Shown: positions 45,096 through 52,666 of the stretch, piece after piece
Numbering within the stretch: position 1 is the stretch's first letter
Layout of the letters: each line of letters starts with the position of its first letter
NCBI GenBank assembly: GCA_015059375.1
Contig: SVAN01000004.1
Coordinates: 142-64,141 of the forward strand
Source of the DNA: Bacillota bacterium
GTDB taxonomy: Bacteria; Bacillota_I; Bacilli_A; RF39; UBA660
Reading direction: 5' to 3'
Length of the DNA: 64,000 bases
Program-made: the position numbers and the translations under genes
The notes under the pieces: generated by a model
Database searches by the model: none
What the model was told of the DNA's origin: nothing
Seen by the model: the letters and a program-made list of their open reading frames with translations, nothing else

Positions 45096-45599
45096 TTGAT
45101 GTCTGCAACTTGGATATTTATAATTAATTTAGTCGTTATTTTTATTGTGAAAGTTTTAGATAATTTGCTTTCTACTAGTAAAACAATTTTAATTCAAAAA
45201 AATAAAGCATTTTTAGCGGGAATTTCAGTTGTTATTAGCCAAATTATTTTTTATGAATTAATTGACGCTGTATCAACGAGTGGCGACTTAACAATGTATG
45301 TTGTTTCAGTAGCTAGTGGAATAGGCACAATTTTAGCTGTCGGCTTAAGTAATCATTTTTCTAAAGATAGAATGTATATTAATGTTTTACTATGTGATGA
45401 TAAAAAAGTTATGAAAAATTTGCGGAACTTTCTCAAAGAAAATAAAATTACTAACTTAGCTACTGATGGATATACAAAAGATTGGAAGAAAAGTATTGCA
45501 ATTACAGCGTACGCAGAAACAAAAGCACAAAGTAAATTAATTGATGATTATTTGGAATCTTTAGATGTAAAAGTAAAAAGAATAATTAATAAAAATTAG
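45096..45599 (+). CDS. UPF0316/DUF2179-like membrane protein (paralog of 25171-25680)
   Basis: 167 aa. Same layout as 25171-25680: N-terminal TM segments (…KVLDNLLSTSKTILIQKNK…) and a C-terminal soluble domain. Confidence 0.5.
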   Translation: MMSATWIFIINLVVIFIVKVLDNLLSTSKTILIQKNKAFLAGISVVISQIIFYELIDAVSTSGDLTMYVVSVASGIGTILAVGLSNHFSKDRMYINVLLCDDKKVMKNLRNFLKENKITNLATDGYTKDWKKSIAITAYAETKAQSKLIDDYLESLDVKVKRIINKN

Positions 45600-45656
45600 G
45601 TAAAAACCTAAAGAGATAAATTGACATAGCATACATTAAATTGAAAGGTGAGAAGT

Positions 45657-45905
45657 ATGTTAATTTATCCAAATAAAAATATTCCTCCAAGGCCTATGGG
45701 AAATCCTGGGCAGGATCGTTTTATCGTTCCATTTCTTTTAGGAGGACTTGCTGGTGGCGCTGCTGTAGGACTTACAAGGCCAAGACCAATATATAACGTT
45801 GCTCCATATGGTCAAGGCGGTTATCCACCATTTAATCCATATCGTCCAATGGGAAGTTATTCTTATTCTTACTATGTACCTTATGGAAATGGTTATCCAT
45901 ATTAG
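45657..45905 (+). CDS. small Gly/Pro/Tyr-rich protein with one hydrophobic segment
   Basis: 82 aa from ATG 45657 behind a strong RBS AAAGGTGA. Sequence ...FIVPFLLGGLAGGAAVGL...YGQGGYPPFNPYRPMGSYSYSYYVPYGNGYPY. Its 3' end overlaps the opposite-strand RodA-family gene by 74 nt. Confidence 0.45.
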   Translation: MLIYPNKNIPPRPMGNPGQDRFIVPFLLGGLAGGAAVGLTRPRPIYNVAPYGQGGYPPFNPYRPMGSYSYSYYVPYGNGYPY

Positions 45906-46956
45906 TCAAATTGATAATTAAGGCAAGGAATAAGAAACAAACAATGATACTACTACCGCCATAAGATAAAAATGGTAAGGTGATTCCTACAATTGGGATT
46001 ATTCCAATGTTCATCATAATATTAATGAGAATTTGACAGAGTAAAATTAAAAGAAAGCTAATTACTAAGTAGTTAGTTTTTTTATTATACTTATTATTTA
46101 TTTTAAAGCTAATAGTTATTAGCAGCATTAAATAAGTCCAAAGAATTAAAGGACACATAAAAAATCCAAAATTCCCAATTGAAAAGGCAAAAATAAAATC
46201 AGTAGCTCCTTCGGGAATATAAAGTAAAATTCCATTAAAGCCATTACGAATAAAAGGGCTTCCAAATATAGATAGTAAAGAAAGTTCTAACTGATAATTG
46301 CTTTTAAAGTTAATAATTCTTTCTACTCGATAAAAAAAAGATGTACCAATAAGTTTAATTAATAAATCTTGCTGATTTTGATAAAGAAATATAAATAATA
46401 AACCTAATCCTAAAAGAAAAAATATCAGAAATAAATAATAGAACCATTTAATTTTTAATGTTGTTAAAAGATAAAAATAAATGATTAAATAAAAGATAAT
46501 AGCTCCAGTATCAGGTTCTAAGAAAACTAAAATACAGGGAATCAATGTAATAATTGTTAAGTAAGAAAATTTGGCAAATTTATTTAGCTTTTTCTGCGAT
46601 ATTTCTATTAGATATAAAGTTAAACTTATTTTCATAAATTCACTTGGCTGTAAAGTGAAAATCTTAAAATCAATCCAAGCTTTTGTTCCGTTTATTTCAT
46701 CACCAATAAACAATACTAATAACAAAAATAATACATTAATTAAATAGATAATATTACTATATTTAAATATAGCTTTAAAATTCATTTTAGAGGAAATGAT
46801 AATTATTAAAAAACCTAAAAAATACCATATACATTGTTTTAGATAATAATTGTTATAAAATGAATTTAAAAATTTGGCATTATATAAATTAATAATGCTT
46901 ATGAAAAATAGAAGGGTAACTGATAACCATAATAAAACATTTTCATACTTTTTCAT
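45832..46956 (-). CDS. SEDS-family peptidoglycan polymerase (FtsW/RodA/SpoVE family)
   Basis: 374 aa, about 10 TM. PSEFMKISLTLYL and GITLPFLSYGGSSII motifs. Confidence 0.85.
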   Translation of the reverse strand: MKKYENVLLWLSVTLLFFISIINLYNAKFLNSFYNNYYLKQCIWYFLGFLIIIISSKMNFKAIFKYSNIIYLINVLFLLLVLFIGDEINGTKAWIDFKIFTLQPSEFMKISLTLYLIEISQKKLNKFAKFSYLTIITLIPCILVFLEPDTGAIIFYLIIYFYLLTTLKIKWFYYLFLIFFLLGLGLLFIFLYQNQQDLLIKLIGTSFFYRVERIINFKSNYQLELSLLSIFGSPFIRNGFNGILLYIPEGATDFIFAFSIGNFGFFMCPLILWTYLMLLITISFKINNKYNKKTNYLVISFLLILLCQILINIMMNIGIIPIVGITLPFLSYGGSSIIVCFLFLALIINLTNMDNHFHKVHSKNKNNFPLDDMD

Positions 46957-47011
46957 ATTCCTAGTATGCTCAAATTAGGCATAATTATCATATACTATTT
47001 TGGGTGATAAT

Positions 47012-47305
47012 ATGAAAGATTTACCGAGGGTAAGTGCTTTTCCAATTGAAAAAAAATTAGATAATTCTCAAGAACGTTTTTATGGAAGCGAAGATAACAT
47101 TATTTTGGCTAAACCAATTAATGTAATAAGTAAAATTAATCAAATATTTGCTTCGAATAATCATGTTTATAAGAGTAGAGTAAGAATTAAGTATAAAAAT
47201 GATATTGAAGAAAGAACGATTGTTGGCAAAACTAGTACAGACCTTTTGACACTTACTGGTGAAAAGATTAGAATAACTGATATTGTGGATATTGAAAGAA
47301 TTTAA
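47012..47305 (+). CDS. hypothetical small protein
   Basis: 97 aa from ATG 47012 (RBS GGGTGA). No family recognised. Confidence 0.45.
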   Translation: MKDLPRVSAFPIEKKLDNSQERFYGSEDNIILAKPINVISKINQIFASNNHVYKSRVRIKYKNDIEERTIVGKTSTDLLTLTGEKIRITDIVDIERI

Positions 47306-47345
47306 ATTTTAAGATATGCTATAAACAAACAGAAAAGGAAGTCGT

Positions 47346-48041
47346 ATGAATTTTGAAAATGTAGTAATATTAATTACCGGAGCAAGCAAAGGAATTGGAC
47401 AGTGTTTAGCTAATATTTTATGCAAGTATAATGCTAAAGTAATCGGAGTATACAATCATACTAAAATTGAGAATGCTAAATATGATACTTATAAATGCAA
47501 TTTAAGTAGTGAAAAAGAAATTGTTAAATTAGTTAATTATGTTAATGAGCAATATGGGCGAATCGATGTTGTTGTTAATTGTGCAGCGTTAAGTATTGAT
47601 AAAGATATTGAAGAAAAAAGTGGCAAAGAATTTTTAGACGTTTTGACTGTTAACCTTGTGGCGCCTTTTTTATTAAGTAAGTATGCTGCGCAGTATATGA
47701 ATCGGGGAGTTATTATTAATTTGTCATCATTAGATGCACAAGAGACCTTTGATCCTATTTCGATGGATTATGCGGCGAGCAAAGCCGGCCTTGAAAATTT
47801 GACCAAAAATTTAGCTTTGCGGTTTCCCAAAATTAAGATTTGTGCATTAGCTCCTGCTTGGGTAGATACTCAGACGGTATTAGAAATGGATCCCAATTAT
47901 TTAAAAGAACAAATGACTAAGCATAATCAAGAAAAGTTATTAAAAAAGGAAAATGTTGCCTTAAAAATAATCGAAATGATTATTAATAATGACGATTATG
48001 TTAGTGGCGATATTGTAAGAATGGATGGTAAGTATGAATAG
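47346..48041 (+). CDS. short-chain dehydrogenase/reductase (SDR) family oxidoreductase
   Basis: 231 aa. Cofactor motif ITGASKGIG and catalytic YAASKAG (YxxxK). Confidence 0.85.
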   Translation: MNFENVVILITGASKGIGQCLANILCKYNAKVIGVYNHTKIENAKYDTYKCNLSSEKEIVKLVNYVNEQYGRIDVVVNCAALSIDKDIEEKSGKEFLDVLTVNLVAPFLLSKYAAQYMNRGVIINLSSLDAQETFDPISMDYAASKAGLENLTKNLALRFPKIKICALAPAWVDTQTVLEMDPNYLKEQMTKHNQEKLLKKENVALKIIEMIINNDDYVSGDIVRMDGKYE

Positions 48042-49293
48042 TTTATTAAATGAGTTAAAAATTAATCCCGAGGTTTATGAAAAAGTCATTAAAGCTGAAG
48101 AAAAACTTAAAAATCAATATAAAGAAATTGATGAGTTAGCTTTTATAAATAGTATGAAAATTATTGATGCTTTCAAAAAGGAAAATATTTCTGAAAGTGT
48201 TTTTGTTAGTACTACTGGGTATGGTTATAATGATTTAGGCAGAGAAAAAATAGAAAGTGTTTTTGCTAATATTTTAGGTGCTGAAGATGCTTTAGTTCGT
48301 AGCCAAATTATATCAGGAACTCATGCTTTAACGGTTGCTTTATTTGCTTTTTTAAGACCAAATGATACACTTTTAAGTATTACGGGCCTTCCTTATGACA
48401 CTTTGCATGAAGTAATAGGCATTAAAGAAAATGCAAGTAGTTTAAAATCATATAACATTAATTATGAACAGATTGATTTAATAAATGATGATTTTGATTA
48501 TGAAAAAATTAAAGATTTTCTTTTGAAAAATCCAATTAAGTTAATTGAAATTCAAAGAAGTAAAGGTTATTCTACAAGGAAAAGTATAACTATTTCTAAA
48601 TTAGAAAAAGTTATTAAACTAATTAAAGAAACATCTCCAGAAACAATCATTATGATTGATAATTGTTATTGTGAATTTGTTGAAACAAAGTCCCCTTTAG
48701 AAGTAGGTGCTGATATTATTGTTGGTTCACTTATTAAAAATCTAGGTGGTGGTATAGCTCAAAATGGTGGATACATTGCTGGGAGAAAAGATTTAGTTAA
48801 TCTAGCATCTGAAAGATTAAATGTACCGGGCGAAGGTAAAGAGGTTGGTCCGTCGCTTGGACAAAATCGTAACATCTTAATGGGACTTTATCACGCGCCA
48901 TCAGTTGTGGCATCAAGTTTGAAAACCGCAATTCTAACTAGTAAAGTTCTCGAAGAAGTGGGGTATGAAGTTGAACCAAAATATAATGATGAAAGAGCAG
49001 ATATTGTCCAAAATATTTTCTTTGGTAGTCGTGATAATTTAATAAAGTATTGCCAAGGCATTCAAAGTGCATCGGCAATTGATAATAACGCCATTCCCGT
49101 TCCAACTGCGATGCCTGGGTACGATGATGAAATTATTATGGCATCTGGTTCCTTTACACAAGGTTCGAGTATTGAGATATCTTGTGATGGCCCGCTTAGA
49201 GAACCTTTTATTGCTTATCAGCAAGGCGCTTTAACTTACGAGTATGGAAGATTGGCCCTCATGATAGCAGTTTCTCATCTATTAAATAAATAA
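48025..49293 (+). CDS. ynbB: YnbB-type PLP-dependent enzyme (Met_gamma_lyase / 'aluminium resistance' family)
   Basis: 422 aa. ...TGYGYNDLGREKIESVFANILGAEDALVRSQIISGTHAL... is typical of this family. The start may be ATG 48034. Confidence 0.7.
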   Translation: MVSMNSLLNELKINPEVYEKVIKAEEKLKNQYKEIDELAFINSMKIIDAFKKENISESVFVSTTGYGYNDLGREKIESVFANILGAEDALVRSQIISGTHALTVALFAFLRPNDTLLSITGLPYDTLHEVIGIKENASSLKSYNINYEQIDLINDDFDYEKIKDFLLKNPIKLIEIQRSKGYSTRKSITISKLEKVIKLIKETSPETIIMIDNCYCEFVETKSPLEVGADIIVGSLIKNLGGGIAQNGGYIAGRKDLVNLASERLNVPGEGKEVGPSLGQNRNILMGLYHAPSVVASSLKTAILTSKVLEEVGYEVEPKYNDERADIVQNIFFGSRDNLIKYCQGIQSASAIDNNAIPVPTAMPGYDDEIIMASGSFTQGSSIEISCDGPLREPFIAYQQGALTYEYGRLALMIAVSHLLNK

Positions 49294-49319
49294 AAAAATA
49301 CATTAGACAATTTGACTAA
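49294..49319. repeat. left copy of a perfect 26-nt direct repeat
   Basis: AAAAATACATTAGACAATTTGACTAA, identical to 51439-51464. It begins immediately after the ynbB stop codon. Confidence 0.95.
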
Positions 49320-49447
49320 AAAAGCGGATATTAGATGTTAATAAAACCTAGTATATAGTGATAGATTATCGTTATAATAAAATACATAAATAATATAATT
49401 TATTTTTTTATGTATATGATATACTATATATAGTAGGGGAGTGTGAT

Positions 49448-50188
49448 ATGAAAAAAATATTATTTATTTTAGTTTTGTTTTTTATGAATATAAGCGCCGG
49501 AAATGCAAGTACGTATTTTTCTTATAATGTGGCTGAACCTTTTTGTATAACCAAAAGTGAAGAAACGGGTACTGTTATAATTCCAATTAATTATGAATTT
49601 CCAAATGTTTGTGATACCGATGTTATAATTTCAGAAGTAGAAATGATTAATGGTAATGCGCATTATCCTTTAGCTGATGATATCCCAAATTCGTGTAAAG
49701 TGAAGTCCGTGTCTTATGATAAATTAAAAAATGTTATAATAAAGGACAATAAGTTATTAATGGATATTACTGATATTACAGAGTATCAGTATTTTGAATA
49801 CAAAATAAATGAATGTATTCCAAAATTTTCAGTTGTTTTGGAATGCCCTGGAGATTTAATAGAACCCACAGCTGTACAATATTTTAATAGGAGTAATCAG
49901 ATTTTATGGACTCAAGTATACCCTGTTTTTGGCAAAAAAATCCCTGTAGAAAATTGTGAAAAAATTTTTTCTCTTTATGAAATAGAAAAGCCGATTATTA
50001 TAACAGAAGAAGATGGCAATACTGATATAGAAGAATCGCCTAATAAAGATGATAAGATTTCTGTTGATAATGATAAACAGCTTAATATATATTTAATAAT
50101 AATTAATGTACTATTGATAGTAATTCCTTGGGGAGTCCTGTTGAAAAGTAGAATACAAAAAAAAGAAGAACAATCATTATGCAAATAA
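49448..50188 (+). CDS. hypothetical secreted protein with a C-terminal membrane anchor
   Basis: 246 aa. Signal peptide MKKILFILVLFFMNISAGNAS. C-terminal TM LNIYLIIINVLLIVIPWGVLL followed by a basic tail. Lies inside the repeat-bounded insert. Confidence 0.6.
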   Translation: MKKILFILVLFFMNISAGNASTYFSYNVAEPFCITKSEETGTVIIPINYEFPNVCDTDVIISEVEMINGNAHYPLADDIPNSCKVKSVSYDKLKNVIIKDNKLLMDITDITEYQYFEYKINECIPKFSVVLECPGDLIEPTAVQYFNRSNQILWTQVYPVFGKKIPVENCEKIFSLYEIEKPIIITEEDGNTDIEESPNKDDKISVDNDKQLNIYLIIINVLLIVIPWGVLLKSRIQKKEEQSLCK

Positions 50189-50219
50189 ATGATAATGTTG
50201 AGAAATGATGGTGCTAATT

Positions 50220-50933
50220 ATGAAAAAAGATTAAAATAATAAAATTTTGCTGATAATAGTAATATTTTGTGTATTATTATGTATTCTACTAGGTATATTT
50301 ATAGGTTCAAATTTTATAGCTGCTAAAATTAATTTAGAAGAAGATGATAGTAAAACAATATTAGAAAAGTTTGAAAAAGAATTAGAAGGTCTGTTTCAAC
50401 GATCTTTTTCTTCTCTTGAGAATAATCAAAATATTTTGGAAGATGTATGTAATAAATCTATTATTATTACTATAGCGGCTTAAAATCAAGAAAAAGTAGT
50501 ATATACTAATTATGATGGGGGTCAAGATACGACCACATTACCACTATCAACATATGAAGAATTACATAATGGACTATTTTCTAAAAAAATAGACATTAAT
50601 GAATATGTTCTTGAACATCAATCATATAATTGTGGAGTATATGGTAATTTTAGTCAAATGGAAGATACAAAAGAAATGCGTTTTATTTGGAATAATACGT
50701 TTACGCCATCAAGTGCATATGATTTCAAAATTGTTTTAGAAGAAGATAATTTAATAGTTGGTAATATTTTATCTTGTAATGAAGGTCCTAAATGTGTGCC
50801 AAATAATAAAGTGGCTACTTTTGAAATGAGATATTTTAAAGATAATCAAACAACTACGGGAGATACAATTGATTCTTTTGTTTTAAACAAAATAGATAAT
50901 GGCGATTTAAAGGCATATAAAGTGATGGAATAA
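50220..50933 (+). pseudogene. membrane-anchored protein gene interrupted by two in-frame TAA codons
   Basis: A single reading frame from ATG 50220 (MKKD) to TAA 50931. In-frame TAA codons sit at 50232-50234 and 50481-50483. The ORF track shows only fragments 50247-50483 and 50658-50933. There is no frameshift. Confidence 0.6.
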
Positions 50934-51017
50934 TTCGAAGATTGATTTAAACTATATGTAGCTTATTATAGTGGAATTGATACAATAAATCATAAGATTC
51001 AGGTTGTTGAGGCTGCT

Positions 51018-51422
51018 ATGGCTGGTTATTGGGAATCTTATAATCCTAATACGGGAGAGCAAGGCGGATCTTATATTAGTTATGATAAGTTTAATGAAAA
51101 GTACAAGTCTATTTTTGGAACAGATATTGATTTATCAGAAACAAGATTTGGCACTGGAAGGGGGTTTGTTATTAATGGGGGATACAATAAATGTGATATC
51201 AACAGTTTAACAAACTGTATATATTACACTATGAAACCATTTTATGCTGGACCTCCATATATAGATAGTGAAGATGTCGTATATTATGATTTGCAATTGC
51301 ATGATAATATTGTTGAAGGAAAATTATACTATCTATATAATAATACAACTGCTACATTTGCATTAGAATATGAAAAAAAAGAAGAAAATTATTATCTTAA
51401 AAGTTTAAAAGTGATTAAATAA
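51018..51422 (+). CDS. hypothetical protein (related in its C-terminal pattern to the preceding pseudogene)
   Basis: 134 aa. No signal peptide. The end ...ATFALEYEKKEENYYLKSLKVIK echoes ...ATFEMRYFKDNQ...DLKAYKVME of the upstream gene. The frame stays open upstream to 50946. Confidence 0.5.
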   Translation: MAGYWESYNPNTGEQGGSYISYDKFNEKYKSIFGTDIDLSETRFGTGRGFVINGGYNKCDINSLTNCIYYTMKPFYAGPPYIDSEDVVYYDLQLHDNIVEGKLYYLYNNTTATFALEYEKKEENYYLKSLKVIK

Positions 51423-51438
51423 TACTTATTAAACAAAT

Positions 51439-51473
51439 AAAAATACATTAGACAATTTGACTAATGTATTTTT
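51439..51473. terminator. bidirectional terminator hairpin; its first 26 nt are the right copy of the direct repeat
   Basis: AAAAATACATTAG (51439-51451) pairs with CTAATGTATTTTT (51461-51473), a perfect 13-bp stem flanked by A-run and T-run. It overlaps the last codons of the minus-strand gene. Confidence 0.8.
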
Positions 51474-51774
51474 TTAATACTCTGGCATCTTTTCCAAAAA
51501 TTATTTTTAGTTGATTATCAATTTCGACAATTCCTTTGGCTCCAAGTTTTTGAATGCCATCTTTATCAACAATTGATACATCTTTTAAAATAACTTTAAA
51601 TCTGCTCATATTGCACTCGGCATTAATGATATTATCTTTTCCTCCGAGATAAGTTATTAACTTGTTAGCCTCAATATTAAAATCTTTTCGATTAAGCTTT
51701 AATACAACTAGAACAATAATTGTTAAAACAATTGCTATTACAATATAAGTTAATGCAGTTTCCATTTTTATCAC
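51448..51774 (-). CDS. membrane-anchored PTS EIIB-like domain protein (orphan)
   Basis: 108 aa. N-terminal TM, then LITYLGGKDNIINAECNMSRFKVILKD resembling the EIIB(Glc) signature GG..NI.....C.TRLR. No EIIC or EIIA nearby. Confidence 0.6.
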   Translation of the reverse strand: MIKMETALTYIVIAIVLTIIVLVVLKLNRKDFNIEANKLITYLGGKDNIINAECNMSRFKVILKDVSIVDKDGIQKLGAKGIVEIDNQLKIIFGKDARVLKKYISQIV

Positions 51775-51858
51775 CTGTAAATATTATACTATAATTTAAT
51801 AAATAATTACACTTTTTTTATCTGAAAGAATTTTCAAAATAGTTATTTTTGTTTATTC

Positions 51859-51885
51859 ACAAATTTAATTAACAATCATAAATTA
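51859..51885 (+). promoter_or_regulatory. putative sigma-K-type promoter of the CotY-like gene
   Basis: AC (51859-51860), 16 nt, CATAAATTA (51877-51885). This matches the B. subtilis sigma-K pattern AC-N16/17-CATAnnnTA. Confidence 0.4.
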
Positions 51886-51912
51886 TAATGAGCACAAGAA
51901 AGGGTGAATAAA

Positions 51913-52356
51913 ATGAACAATAACACAAACGGATCCGGTAACTGCATTAATGAAATTTTATCAGTTATCCTAGTTCTTCAAGAAAACGCTTGCCCAGATA
52001 ACTGCTTAGATACATGCGATAGACCAATGCTAGGAGGCGGAGCAAACTGTTTAATTTGTAACACTAGGCCAGTAATGCTTTATACTTGCTGCGGAAATGG
52101 TGTTCCATGGAGTATGCCGACGAGTAAAGATAACATGACAAATTGTAGTGGTGAACCTTTAGAAAATACTTGTTCAACTGTCTTTAGAGTTGAAAAAGTT
52201 GAGGGCAATTGCTGTACCTTTAGAGTACTTGCTTCCAATCCGGACGAAACTTCATTAAATCCATATGTTGCAACAAATTCTTTCTTTACAATGGATTGTA
52301 GTTGCTTATGTAGTATTAGATGTTTATCTGATACCTATGTTGATTGTGTTTGCTAA
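51913..52356 (+). CDS. CotY/CotZ/ExsY-family Cys-rich spore coat/exosporium protein
   Basis: 147 aa from ATG 51913. [26 protein letters not shown] parallels CotY [41 protein letters not shown] parallels FFRVEKLCDCCATLSIL. C-terminal [11 protein letters not shown]. Confidence 0.75.
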   Translation: [147 protein letters not shown]

Positions 52357-52371
52357 TCATTTAGCGAAAGG

Positions 52372-52396
52372 TCAAGGTTAAGCGCCTTGATTTTTT
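52372..52396 (+). terminator. rho-independent terminator after the CotY-like gene
   Basis: TCAAGG / CCTTGA hairpin followed by T6. Confidence 0.65.
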
Positions 52397-52413
52397 GTGC
52401 GATAAAAAAACAA

Positions 52414-52617
52414 CTACTTACTTGTAATTGTTTTGTCATCATTATTTTCTTTGTTAGTTTGCGTTGCAAGTGAACCGTATTTTTGTTGCCATACTCGAAT
52501 GTTTGGTGCACTTATTCCGTAGGCTCTTGCAACTTCACTGCGGCGTTTTCCAGATTCAACTAATTGGACAACCTTTTTTTTGAAATCTTCGGTATAGTGT
52601 TCATACGGCTTACTCAT
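52414..52617 (-). mobile_element. orphan IS3-family OrfA-like HTH fragment (transposase N-terminal domain only)
   Basis: 67 aa. YTEDFKKKVVQLVESGKRRSEVARAYGISAPNIRVWQQKY matches the IS3/IS911-type HTH_Tnp_1 pattern. No OrfB/DDE region and no terminal inverted repeats seen. Visibly higher GC than its neighbours. Has its own RBS AAGGGAG. Confidence 0.7.
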
Positions 52618-52666
52618 AACGTTACTCCCTTATTAGTAGTATAGCATGGCTAGCAGTATATCACAA

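Noticed and set aside
50220-51422. Possibility that the in-frame TAA/TGA codons reflect an alternative genetic code or programmed recoding in foreign DNA
   Set aside because: Every other gene in the window, including the intact neighbour 49448-50188 in the same insert, terminates normally at TAA, TAG or TGA and is full-length under the standard code. I see no recoding signals. Nonsense mutation in an AT-rich pseudogene is the simpler reading.
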